This document shows positions 1 through 11,965 of a stretch of 63,630 nucleotides of DNA, piece after piece. Each line of letters opens with the position of its first letter. The first letter of the stretch is position 1. The notes below the pieces were generated by a model. The model was not told the DNA's origin, did not search any database, and saw only the letters and a list, made by a program, of their open reading frames with translations. Source of the DNA: Catajapyx aquilonaris (Eukaryota); the NCBI GenBank assembly GCA_000934665.2, contig KZ538538.1, forward strand, positions 1 to 63,630, read 5' to 3'. A program made the position numbers and the translations under genes.

Positions 1-122
1 ATGAAGTAAGGCAGCGAGAAAGGTCCATAGCGATAAAAAGAAACGACGTCTTTCTTCCACTGGATTCGATCCTTCAGCCTTCGGGTTACGAAGAGAGCGC
101 CTTAGCCACTAGACCACTGCGC
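1..122 (-). mobile_element. tRNA-derived SINE head (element continues past the window start)
   Basis: The minus strand reads GCGCAGTGGTCTAGTGGCTAAGGCGC...GAAGGATCGAATCCAG. It has a Pol III A box (TGGTCTAGTGG) and B box (GGATCGAATCC) at tRNA spacing. The acceptor and anticodon stems do not pair, which is typical of SINE heads. Confidence 0.55.
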
Positions 123-991
123 TACTTCGATACTGACACTCTCGCCAGCATGTACTTATGGTAAAGGAAAGGGTGCCACAAAATACCATTCATCTCAATG
201 TAATGTCATTTGTCAAATAAATTTTCAAAATGTATCCTTGTATATTTTCAACGGAAATTTATGCAATATTCAATTTTAAATTTAATTAAATTAATTAATT
301 AATTATCGTGTCATAATATCTTAATAATTATCTTGTCATAAAATCCTGCTCTATTGGAAAAATACTTGTGGATCGCTGCGAGAGCCAATAATAAATCGAT
401 ATGAAGAAAAATAAATATTCAATTATATTCTATTCAAATGAATAGGCACCAAAATGTAACACCGATCAATAAAGAATAAATAAGTAAAGGTCAAAATGCT
501 TGTACCCAAGTGGTCAGAAGTACTATACCCACAATTATTATTGTCATGTGGGTCTTACACAAAGTCATGGCCCAATTATATTGCAATTACAAGTACGAGT
601 GTTTATTACATCATACAGAGAAGACTGCCCATGCATAGTTTACATCAACTAGCAACCTTCCGTGATTAGAAATGTTTTCCTCTGTTACGATTGGTTCTCT
701 ATTTGGCCTTTGGTGCAAGAATGGCATAAGTCCGTAGAATATGAATAGGAGACATGGATTTTAAAGCTGGTTTTCTCTTTGTGAGTAACTTACTGATTTC
801 CCCCTTTTAATGGAATACAATACACACCACTAATTACCATTTCACGCTAATTGCGATCACTTGAGCCAAAGCGTTCCTAATTTCAATAAAATAATAAAGA
901 AGGTGAACCTACTTAGGGTCTGGCACTAATAGTACTGAATGAAGTGTCATCAGGAAACCTTTCATGCACACAAATTGCATTTATTAACACA

Positions 992-1024
992 CTAGCAGCG
1001 GAGCCCGTTCTTTGCACGGCCCGT
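992..1024 (-). mobile_element. Helitron-like 3' terminus
   Basis: The minus strand reads GCCGTGCAAAGAACGGGC (GC-rich hairpin), then about 7 nt, then CTAG followed by T. This is the canonical Helitron 3' end signature. The 5' end was not located. Confidence 0.45.
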
Positions 1025-1882
1025 TTTCATCATGGTAATCATAGCAACAAAATCCCGTTGCCATGGGCAAACAAAATAACAGAGAAACTTTGTCTTCCAG
1101 CATGCGTAGATTTTGAAAATATGTTATTTATTAATTTATAACAGCAAACCAGTGTGTAGTGTCGGGTACATAATATGTTGAACTTGGTGTCAGTCAATGT
1201 ACGCAGAAGTGACTGAAAGCGGAGGGAAAATAATTGAGGGGCCCTCTGCAATAACAAGGTAAGTGAAAGAAGGGAGTTTTCAGCTGCGAAGGTATTTAAT
1301 TTTTAACTGTCAATATTTAATGAACAGGAGTCAAGATTGGTCCGCGGTGTCAACGCGACCAAAGACCAAAACCGTCGACGGCCTGCGTGAAAGGACCTTT
1401 TTTCGGTTTTGAATGCACCTTACATCATTTTACAAATTAAATACTGATGAGATACATGCTGTTAATTTCGTCCCCCTGTTTCATGAATGGAGAGAGTAGA
1501 TATAGTGCATAAAACAGACCGGATTATTTTGGAAGAAGGTCTGAGATATATAACTTGTCATTTGACAAACAAATCTTTATGATTGAACACTACTTTCTGG
1601 CACATTTTTCTCTCTCTTGCAGATCAAGATGATGCATCTTCAAGCAACCATAATAATTCTGTACACAAAACGTCAACAAAGAATCCATCCACTCTAACAG
1701 TTGCTCTTCTGATTTGCAGTACAACCCACCTGAAAAGATAATTAAAAATGCAGAACTGTATCATCCACCCATACATAAAACTACATCTTGCATAATTATA
1801 GAACAGCCCTACTCAGCTCAGTAATATATGCCCAACAAGTCAGGAAGCAAATGATATAATGTTTTCATGTAACCCTGCAATT

Positions 1883-3749
1883 TTATTTACAATATTTCCT
1901 CTTTCTTTTCTTGGAAACAGTCGTAGGGTTCTTCGAATTGTTTTTTGGTCCCTTTCTTTTCATTGGACTGTTGCCTCGTCTTTCACTACCCGTAAGTGCA
2001 ATTCCTACAGACTGAAATTCCTGGCACGGATGATCAAAAAGGCAGCAACGACCACAACTATTGCAATGACTCCAACTTGATTTGACGCACTTGTTGCACA
2101 AATCGCAATGCACATATGGCCTTCCGTCCTGAAAAGATGTTTACGTTGTCAACTCTGATGCATCTTTCAAATACCAACTTCAAACGAGAAAGCAAAACCA
2201 GATATACCTTTGAAGTACACCGCCCACACTTGAAGCAATGATTATTCTCACTGCTAACCCATATCTCGCATGTATCGCAATATTTGTATCCTTCATCTTC
2301 AGGAAGGCATATTTTGCCTGGATCCACATTTGTAAATATACGGACAGGCGAACCATGTATCCGACCCTTCAGCCCTGTGATAAAAAGACATGTTTTCAAA
2401 CACATATCATAATACAAACTCTTTCACAACTGACCTGTTTGGTATGCATCGTGATTCTCATAATTCACCTTGTAGTCCAGCATAGTGAAGTGCGGCAGAT
2501 GGGATTTGAACTGTGGCTCCATGAAGTACGGAAAGGCCCAAAAAGTGGCCAACTTGGAGTCCTGTGGCAATCCAGTCACGCTCTTCCAGTCGCTTTCTAT
2601 CAAACCCAAGACAAACTTCAAAACTTCGACCCTTCCTCCAAAAGGTGGATCGAGAACCACGGCCAAGTTCTTCTTCCCTTTCCGGATGAAGCTGTTGAAC
2701 TCTTCTTCGCTTTGTGCTCCCAAGAAGAAGTGATGGTTGAACATGTTGTACCAGCAAAACTCGGTAGGTCCATAAAATCCATGCTGGAATTAAGACAAGA
2801 AATACATTTGTGTTGCGACAGTTGCTCAAATCATTCTTGCCATGCATAAATTAGCTACTTACATATCTCCAGTCTATGTCTAACAACATACTGCAAATGC
2901 TCTTGTGTTCATTCCTAATGAATTCATGTACACGAGGTGTCCCAACGCACAAGACGTGAGTAATGCCCAAGTTCTTAAAATTGTTCACAAGCATCGCAGT
3001 CGCACTTTCGGAGAAGAAAAACTGGGCTTCCTTCTTGTTTCCTTCCTTCGGAATCAGAAGCTGCAACAAATCTTTTGTTTATAACGATGCAAATATGTTT
3101 TAAACTGACCCTGATACATACTTCAGAAGGATGATCCAGCAGGTGTGTGGAGACTGGTGTCCGCACCTGATGTTTCGCATGCCCCTGAGCATCTTTGGAC
3201 TCCAGGAGAAGTGAGCATGTGTGGCAATACAAGCGCTCCAAAGGATGGCAACCAAGCACAGCCTTACATCTGAAACAGTCAATTGTATGTCTGGAATTCC
3301 GCTTTATTCTTCATCCAATCAAAAGGGTCGGTACAGACCTGTCCTGCAAGCCAGCGAGATCAACCGTAGGTAAAACCCTGTCCGTTTCCATCTTCCACTT
3401 CTTCCGATGTTTCTCCAAAAATTCCTCCTCCGCCGGATGATGGAACCTGCAGTCCTTGCTGTCCCGGTACGCAGAGCAGGCAAAGTACCGCCTCCCTCCA
3501 GACTCAAAAAGCAATGTTGGACCTGCAAAATACATGCAAATGACTCATTAACATGCCACATGGTAGTACTTAATTATTTTTTTAGTAATTAATCACGCCT
3601 TTAAATTATCATGCTTATGCTCTCAGTACAATCTAGATGAGTCTGGGTATACCGTGTGGACAGTTCGGATGCGACGAGAGGTCCTGTCCGGCCAGAATGA
3701 CCGAAAATCTTTGCTTTTTCCACATTTTTGGTTGATTTTTAGCGGCCAT
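1883..3749 (-). CDS. ZCCHC4: rRNA N6-adenosine methyltransferase ZCCHC4 (~462 aa, 7 exons)
   Basis: Hand-spliced exons are 3749-3653, 3522-3339, 3269-3122, 3060-2863, 2783-2435, 2374-2208 and 2128-1883. All introns are GT-AG and phase-compatible, totalling 1389 nt. Motifs: GRF-type CPHGPTLLF...FACSAYRD, KKEAQFFFS, VLCVGTPRVHE, YNMFNHHFF, catalytic DPPFGG, SPVRIFTN and a C-terminal Cys/His zinc-binding region. Confidence 0.95.
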
Positions 3750-4439
3750 GTTGGATGGATATCACACGGTGAACCCCGTTGCGTGCGCGATCATGCGCTG
3801 ATTCGTCTAGAGCTGACAAGCAAAGAGTTTGACCAATCAGGGTGGACATACACGCGAAATGCAGTGTAAAGACGTGCACATTTAATGAATATAAAAATAT
3901 AATCGCGCATAATTAATAATCTCATATTGGTTCGTTAAAAAATAACGTTCTTATAAAATGTTAAAATATGTTTGCGCTTTCAAATCCATGCCGCTAGAGA
4001 GCAGCACTAGTATGATTTGGAGGGAAATATTTGAAACGTGCCATGCCACAAAATATGCAAATTTTATTAAAAATCTAACATGTCACATGTCGGATGTGCC
4101 TGGAATATGAGTGTAAGTTACTGGTTTCTGTACCTACTGCTGTAATTACTAACCTGTCATTACAATTCCCGCCATTTCATAACCTCATATGTCATGAATG
4201 GATGCTGAGGGGGAAAAAAAAGAAGTAGTCGCACCTGGTTGAGGTGGTTTGGCATTGATGGACGTGTTGCGAGCAATGGATATTACGTAGAGGGATTTAT
4301 CGAGGGGGACACCCCAACTGGTGATGCCGCCAACCACATTCGGTTCACCGTCAGTCACCTGTAAATGGCGGCTCAAAAAAACACATTTTTGGCGACTAGT
4401 CGGGTGGGATTAAACACAAAAAGTACAGAAACTACATAA

Positions 4440-4445
4440 TTTATT
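4440..4445 (-). terminator. Candidate polyadenylation signal (AATAAA) of the hexosaminidase gene
   Basis: TTTATT on the + strand, about 900 nt past the stop codon at 5336. Confidence 0.4.
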
Positions 4446-5335
4446 GACATAACTGATGTGGACATGTAGAGCAAGCCATTCAAGTACAGGTTGTACGTAC
4501 ATCAAGCCAAAATAATATAGCCACTGACTCATTATTATTGATATTATTTTCATATGTAAACGACTAACAGCGTAATGCTGTACAAGTGTAGAGTAATTGC
4601 AGGATATGCCTCTTAAAAAAGTGGTCCTTTTTTCACACAGTAGTGATCGACATTGACAGTGGGAATATTAAGAGCACTTTGACACGTATACGGTATACAT
4701 AATCTACATTAGAGAAAAATCTGTGTGTGAATGTGTGTAGTACATGCCAACGAATATTTTACTGTATAGAAGAAACGGCATTATCCAAAAGCGGAACTAT
4801 TGTGTTTTGTCAAAATGACGTCAGCGGTATAGCCAACGATAAAGTGTCTATACGATTGTTCCTGCATATCACAAGCATGTATTGGTCACGCAGAACAGGG
4901 GAATAATTGTCGCACTAATCTTTGGTTCCGTGAAGAAGAAGAAAACTATGTACAGTACAGTACAATGCATGCCTTCTGGTCGAATCAGTGTAATAAATAA
5001 AGGCAACGTTCAGCTAACTTGATAGGTAACAAAAAGTGCTCAAATATTAACCCACATCCTGCCCTCGTTTTTTTCCGAAACACGGGGGAAAATTAGTACA
5101 TAATACTGATAATATTAAATTAAAAACTGTGCCATAAACATAACACGTAACAAGCACCCTGCCAACAACACCAGTCTATAGTTCGTGACTATCAATGCAT
5201 AGGTCTTCAGATCACAATCAAGTGGGCGCCAATAGACAATAATTGGCACTCCGGGATATGTCCATCGCACGAAGGGTGGAACAAAATGTTTAAAAATGCG
5301 CAATCAGGAATGAAGAGTGTGTCGGTCCTCCGTGT

Positions 5336-7310
5336 TCAGTGTATGGGTCGCCTGGGCCAGACGTCCCTGCTGAGCAAGGTTTGCGCCCCTTCCTCCAGAG
5401 AGTTGAGCTGGTTCAGAAGGGGCTGGATCTTCTGCTCCAGCCACTCCTGGACCGTGTGGTGGTCGAAGTACTGCCCCAGCACGTTGTACGCGTTGTCCCT
5501 CAGCTCCTGCACGTTCCCTTTGACCACCGGGTGTCTCCTCATGGCCTCAACCACCCTCCATGGACTGGAGTACCTGTGCCTCACGTTGTACGGGGTCATC
5601 CAGCCTTGCTTCTCGGTCAAGGTCTGGTGCAGGACCCTGACCTCCGCCACCAGGTACTCGTACGTGTTGAGCAGGGAGTAGAAGTTGCTGCCTGGGAAGT
5701 TGCAGGCGTTCAGGTCCCACTGGTATGGGTTCAAGTCCAGCATCTCCATGGTCATCAGGTGGTGACCGCTGGGACATCTGAGGACGTCGTTCAGCTTCTG
5801 GAAGGCCTGTTTCAGATCCCCTCCGGTGGTGGTGGTCAGCATGTTTAGAGCCAGGGATGGTACGGAAGGAGGCAGCAGCTCGCACAGGACAGCGAAGTGG
5901 TCGTACCTGGACCATCCGGTCAGCACCAGGCCTTGGAACTTGTGGACCCTTCCGGTCTCCCTGGCCATGATGTCCAGCCAGGACAACGTGTTGTCCAGAT
6001 GCTTCCGGAGGTCTGGAATGTGCAGGGTCTCGCCAAAAGCGCCTTTGAAGGAGCTGGCCACCCAGATGTTCCTGAACACATCTGCGTACATCTGCCAGAG
6101 GTACGGAGGAACCAGTCGGTCAACGCTGTCCGTGTACGCCCAAACCATCGGCTCCACCAGCTGTCCCAAACCGGATTCGACCATGTCCTGAGCCGAAATG
6201 TGCCGGAACATGTCGTCCCAAACAATCGGCTGGAGGCGAAGAGTGTCCTTCACAAAGTGGGCCACCTGCAAATAAAATATAACTTCTCTCACAATTTTTC
6301 TAGGCCTGCGGTCTTCGGTGGTGGAGTGTTAATCGCCAAAATGACCGTACCTTGGAGACGTGGTCCAAGAAGATGTGTCGCCCGTCCTTCTCTCCAGGCA
6401 TTCCGTCGTTCCTGAGGCTCTTGTTCCAGAGCTTGAGCCTGTCTGTGCAGGTGGAGCAGGAGCCCAAGTGGAAGACCTCGTCGCATCCGATGTGCAGCCA
6501 CCTGGCATCCGGATGCATGGCCACCACCTGCTTGACCATGGCCTTGACCACCTCCAGGGACTCCTTCCTGGAGGGACACACCTCCTGAGGGAACACCTCC
6601 ACCTCCCGGAGGTGCTTGAACTCCTTGAGCTTCAGCATGGACTCCAGGTGGCCAAAGGTCTGCACCAGAGGGATCACCTCCAGGCCTTCCTTCTTGGCCA
6701 TGGCCAGCAGGGAACGGACGTCCTGCCGGCTGTAGGCGTTCGTGGCGGACAAGTTCTTCAGCTGTCCCTCGAACGGGAACATGTCCTCGTACTCCAGCAA
6801 AAGCGCGTTCCCTCCAGCGTCTCTCACTAAGGGAAGCAGCACCTGTAATGAAAAGGTAATAAACGGGTTGCATTGAACTGCAATGAGCTAGAGTTATACC
6901 TCCAGGAAGGCCATCTTAGGAGGCGCTCCTTTGAGGTCCAGATGGAAGACCCTGAACTCCGGAATGACCCTACTCTTCTTCACCATGACCGGCTCGGCCA
7001 CGATCTCCTCCCTGCTGGAGGCTGCCAGACTGTTGGTGTCGATCGGACCCAATCTGGCGATCCTCTCCACCAGGCCTCTGGACAATGGCCGTCCAGCAGC
7101 AGATGGAGGCGACCCTTCCACGAACCTGAACTGCATCAACTGCTGCAGAGACTGCTGCTGCAACGGCTGCTGCGGCGGGTTGCTGGCGCTTCCGGCTGCA
7201 TCCAGATAGAAGACGTTGAGGACCATGTACATGAAGAAGGTGGCGCCGATCAGCAGCAAAAGGGGCCTCTGCTTGGCCAGCAGGACTCGGGCCATCCGAA
7301 GCACGGCCAT
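5336..7310 (-). CDS. HEXD: Hexosaminidase D-like GH20 beta-N-acetylhexosaminidase with N-terminal signal anchor (~610 aa, 3 coding exons)
   Basis: Exons are 7310-6900, 6842-6351 and 6265-5336, all phase 0, totalling 1833 nt. Motifs: VFHLDLKGAPPK, LLLEYEDMFPF, VIPLVQTFGHLE, catalytic HIGCDEV, WDDMFR, WVASSFKGA and LTGWSRYDHFAVLCELLP. A hydrophobic segment LLLLIGATFFMYMVLNVFYL follows a basic N-terminus. Confidence 0.93.
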
Positions 7311-7630
7311 CTTGGCCAGACTAGGCTGCACAGGCCATGTCGATGGACAATCCTGTAATATTAATTGGATGTTTATTATTATAAGGCGGCGCAGTAGAAA
7401 AAAATTCGGTAACAATGAAGCCCTTGGCGATGACGTAAACAAACTAGCTTTTGCATAGCCAGGGATTAGACATGTCTACATTTCCCTGGCCGTATGTCCA
7501 CAATGTCAATGTAATCATGTCGAGTATGGTATCATTGTAAAGGCCAACCCTTTGCGCACGGCGCCTATTCCGTGTATTTCCAGATTAACGCCTCAAAAAT
7601 GCGCCTACCGTATTTTTGCTAATAATCCAT

Positions 7631-7794
7631 CTGGTGTTTGTCCGACCTGATAGTATCCTTATTGACCTGAAGGTGGCAGAAGTGTGCATCTGTGCGCCAT
7701 CTATGCGTGAAGAATACTACTACATGGTAAATCGGCGGGCCTTCTCATTAAAACTGTTCATACTGCTTGTAGGTTTTTCCCCAATTTTGGCAAT
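7631..7794 (+). repeat. Dispersed repeat subfamily A, copy 1
   Basis: TGTTTGTCCGACCTGATAGTA...TGAAGGTGGCAGAAGTGTGCA...GCGCCATCTATG...TACTAC...GGTAAATCGGCGGGC. Matches the copies at ~20815, ~26157 and ~33417 (reverse). Confidence 0.85.
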
Positions 7795-10700
7795 ATAAAT
7801 CATTCCGTGACTCTGATACTTATCCCCCTTCCGGGCCAAGGTGTTGCCGAGCACACCCTTTGAGTGCACGCAAAAGTGGTTCTGAAAAGAAGCCGTGACG
7901 AGGCGCCCCCGCAAAATATTGACCTAAGCATTAGCCAAATGGGTCATTTCAAAAGCAATGTTGGCCAACATCAAAGACTAGAAGTCGCGCAGTCCAGTAA
8001 TCTAGCCCCAACCCCGGTGGCATGATCTCATCTGCAGGTAGAGAGCCACATTATCCCGCAGGCAATGTCCTGAGGTCTGGCGGCCTTTGAGGGGGGGTGA
8101 GGACGGAGGAAGGCCATAAATCGGCAGCCCTTTTTTCCTTCCAAATGGAGTCGTTCAGACACCTCCCTGGTTCTCGAAAAAGGACTGTTCAGAAAATCCA
8201 ATTGGGCCAAGGGAGACTCTCTCTCCTTAGATCACTGCCACTCCAGAAAGTTTCAATCAAGGAGAGGAAACACGAGGACTCGATTAGCACGTGCTGAAGG
8301 GGAGACCAAGGAAGGGTGACTGACTGTGACATGGGGTGAGGGGGTTATAGCCTGTGCCATCATGGGCTCTGGTAACACATGTTTGCTCTGAGACAGACGT
8401 GGGAATCTTCATAGTATACTCCAGCCATGCCTTTCAGGGAGGCTGATGAACGCATGTACGTAATTATGTTTGTACAGTCCAATACGTAGGTACTGGAATA
8501 ATCGTGCTTTCTTTGTTCAACGCATGCTGCACTACGTGTTCCGCTCTGTTGGCTCGTTTTTGAGCATACGGCTACGTGCACCTGTAGCTTTATGTAAACG
8601 AGTGCTTCGGTGTTATTTCGCCCTGAACATGGTACAGTACAATATTTTGACAATATGCTGTTTGTCAAAACCTTGTTATGAAATGTGCAATTTGGAATAT
8701 TTTTACAATGCAGCCAGATTCAGTCTCTCTTCCTTACAAACATTAATCCAGAGAATAGTGCTGACGTCACATCTGTTGATATAACTTAGTTATTATCTCA
8801 GTAGTTGAAGCAATAATAAGAAGGCATTCCCGGTATTAAACATTTTGATTGCAAGTCATAAATTGAACTGAGCCAGCCAATATTGTCCACATAAAACCTA
8901 TCTTTGAACGCTTCTTTTATATAAATTAAGGAGTCAAGGGCAGAGTTTCAGATGACGGGGTTTGTTAACCATGTGTGACTGTGAATGACATAGGGGAAAG
9001 GGGAAGATTTTTTAAAAAAGCCGGTAGTTAGTAGCAAACTTGTTAAGCAGGGAAAAAATTGGCAAGCTCCTTACGTACATTTGTATGATCAGCTTCAGTG
9101 GCTGGTGTCATAGCCTGTGTGACTCACACGAGTTGGGACGAGGTCCAAGGTGCCTCACAGGCTATTACTCTTGACCATGTGCATTGTCCCGGACACAACT
9201 TACGGTTGCCAAAAAACTATACAGAAAACAAGAGATAACAAGCGTGCATTAGCCAACCAAAGACACGCGACGTTACCTCATCGTGCAGCATCCGTGGGAA
9301 CAAAAACTAGGGAGACTCTCTGACGGTACAGTCCCCTCCATACCTTCGGATTAATTACCTGGAAAATGTTTCCGTCTTTTTAACTCACCGAGAGAAAAGA
9401 GAAGGAACGACGGAAATGCCCCCTCATTTCTCTTTCTAAGCCCCCCCACTTAGGCTTACTTAGCTAATTAGCCCCCCCTTTTTTTGCAGTGTAGATCATT
9501 AATAGAATAACGTTTTGTTACGGCACACCTGTACTGCTAGGACTGTATTAAACCATGGGGAGAAAAGAATGCTGAAATTTTTAGATGGCCGTGACTTGGA
9601 AGGCTAAAAATCGTACTCTGAAAATATACTGGGAGAAGAAGAGGTGTGTTAGAAGAAGGTTCCTGGTAAAACTACACGCCGGAGAGAGAAAACGTAGCAC
9701 AGCCGGTTTTCCACTCCGGTAATTACATTTTGCAGTGGCGCCTGGCGTCGAAGGCACGGACACTCTCCGAGTCCGGGTAATTGACGACTGACGACCGGAA
9801 TGTCAATGAAGAAGTAAGGATGGAGAGAGGAAGGCTCGGTCATAAAACGTGCTGGAGGACGCCTTTGGAAAACACAAATTTTCAGAAGGGAGAAGAATGA
9901 AAGAGAGAGAGAAAAAAATTAGATGGAGAGAAATCCAGCTTATTTGCATATCTCGGGAAGCGATTGTGTCCGGACTCTCTGTGGAAAGAGTTATAACCGA
10001 CGCATACATTTTCTTCACCTGACGCCATCTCATTTCAGGGTATAGTCGACGTGAATTCAACTCAAAATCATATTGGTCCATGGTCCAAAAAATTTCACTG
10101 TGTTCACTCAAGCAACTCTTTAAAAAAAATCTTTGTGGAGTGCTGTGGATTTCGAGAATCACTCTAAAAATTGCAGATCACCCTTCAATTTGAGTTGAAG
10201 TATTTGCGGACCAGAATTCAAATGCTGTTAGTTTTTTTGTGTGTGAAATTTTCACTGGGAAATTTTTAGAACTATTTAAATACCACCCTGTATATAGTTG
10301 AAGGTCCTCTTCTGATAGCGGCAGTGACTTTGAAGAATGTCAACAATGTCAATTAAACGTACCCATCGACAAACTGGAGAGGTAACGTTGGCATGTCAGA
10401 TGGTTACATGAGCCAGTGATGTTGGATCAAAGAGTGCCAATGCCATCCTCTCGAGTATGACGGCCTTCAACTATATATTTTTCTCATACTAAAGCCAGCT
10501 GTGGAATCACATCCGGCAGAAGCCAGGGACAGAAGAAGAAAAAAAAAATTGTCTGGTTTTGACACTATTGAGTATAAAAATAATGTTGGCTCGCATATAA
10601 AGGAGCAAAGGAGGGAAAAATAGAATGAGACGTTGTCCCAAAATCCGGACCTTGGCTTCTTCTATTTTTTATTTTTTTAAAGGCTCCGGTACCACAGCTT

Positions 10701-11091
10701 GAAGTGTCTCTTCCGACCTAACCCAACAGTATATCCGGGAGCTGATCCGTTATTGAACCCACGTCGCCAAAACTTCATTATAGCCTCCAGGTTCGGGGGA
10801 AAGGACCACCCCACACACACCCAAAAAAAAATGCAGCGGAAATAATAGATGTAGATTGGATGGCCTGGGTCCAAATTGCGTGACGTCACTCGCAAGTGGG
10901 CCTTGAGACTCTACTATAAACAGTATAAAGGACTCTGCTCCTTCACTTCCTTCCTTTTCCTTTTGATCTGTCCTGAGACACTGAGGAAAAGGACGGGACG
11001 AAGAGGTTGTTATGGAAACTCCGCCGGTCTTTTGTCTTTTGCGGAAGTTCGGCGGCAAACTCCGAGCCAAAGCCAGTGAGTGATGAGTGTA

Positions 11092-11437
11092 CAGGGTGTT
11101 ACAGCAAGTAACCACTCGCAAATTCGTGCCAAATTGAGTAACAGTGTGGCACGTTCTGTATAAGAATCGTGTATCATCACCAACGTGCATGTAGTACTAC
11201 GTTCCCACTGAGAGCGGCAGTAGTGTGCAGACATGCAGCATATGACTCATCACCAACGTGCTTGTAGTACTACTTGCCCCCGGAGAGCGGCAGTAGTGTG
11301 CAGAGAGGGAGGAGATGAGCGCCATCTAGTGAGGGGAAGAGCAGGGCAGTGTTGCCAAATTTACTGCTATAAATGAAATGGAAATATTAACTCGGAAAGC
11401 AGCCAGACGAATCTGGAACCGCAATTGGCACACCCTG
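11092..11437 (+). mobile_element. TA-flanked CAGGGTG...CACCCTG element (Tc1/mariner-like ends) containing repeat subfamily B copy 1 with an internal ~70-bp tandem duplication
   Basis: TA|CAGGGTGT at 11090-11099 and ACACCCTG|TA at 11430-11439. TCATCACCAACGTGC...GTAGTACTAC...GAGAGCGGCAGTAGTGTGCAGA occurs twice (~11174, ~11247). GCGCCATCTAGTG is at 11319. The ends match only over about 8 bp. Confidence 0.55.
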
Positions 11438-11876
11438 TATTAGCGGGCAACTTTTGAGCGGTGAGCAAAAGCAATCCACAAAGTACACTACAACACGGCA
11501 GTAGTTTCTCTCTCCTCTCTACACTTGGCTAATGAGCTCTCAAGTGCAACTTGGATTCCCCTGCCAAATTAAGCTCCATTTACCACCCCCCACCTCCACC
11601 ACCCCCCAGCTTGATGAGTCGTTCCAGCTACGGACTGGTACGAATAAAGCGGTTCCGGAAATTAGTATTCGGAGAGGTATGGGGGAGGGTATCTCTCAAA
11701 GAAACAGAGGCTCCTAGCCTGGAGGTCTGGTTGATTGATTGGCTGCCGTCTAAAGCTTAGAGAGCATACGTTTTTAGCACAAAAGACCTCAAACTGGAGC
11801 AGCTCATTATATTATGCACATACATAGGATGATCTTCACATTTTATTTTATTTTTTGTGTGAAAAATTGTACTTAC

Positions 11877-11965
11877 CTAGTCGTTGTCCGGCTATCGTCT
11901 CCATCATAGTCCCCCAGATAGTCTCTCAGTGACGATGAAGCCCGTTAGCTGCGGTAGGATGATCC
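11877..11965 (-). other. Probable non-coding 5' UTR exon of the hexosaminidase gene
   Basis: Strong acceptor (TTTTTTTCTGCAG) and consensus donor (AG|GTAAGT) on the minus strand. It is not in frame with the main CDS and contains a uORF start. Confidence 0.6.

Noticed and set aside
55..122. tRNA gene
   Set aside because: A and B boxes are present, but the acceptor and anticodon stems do not pair. It is better explained as a SINE head.
5286..7458. Several long + strand and alternative-frame ORFs
   Set aside because: They are shadow ORFs of the GC3-rich hexosaminidase CDS, with no recognisable motifs.
8097..8297. 66-aa ORF in a GC-balanced patch
   Set aside because: No convincing splice partners or motifs.
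11174..11305. CRISPR-like direct repeats
   Set aside because: There are only two ~70-bp tandem units inside a dispersed repeat, with no spacers or cas genes, and the context is eukaryotic.
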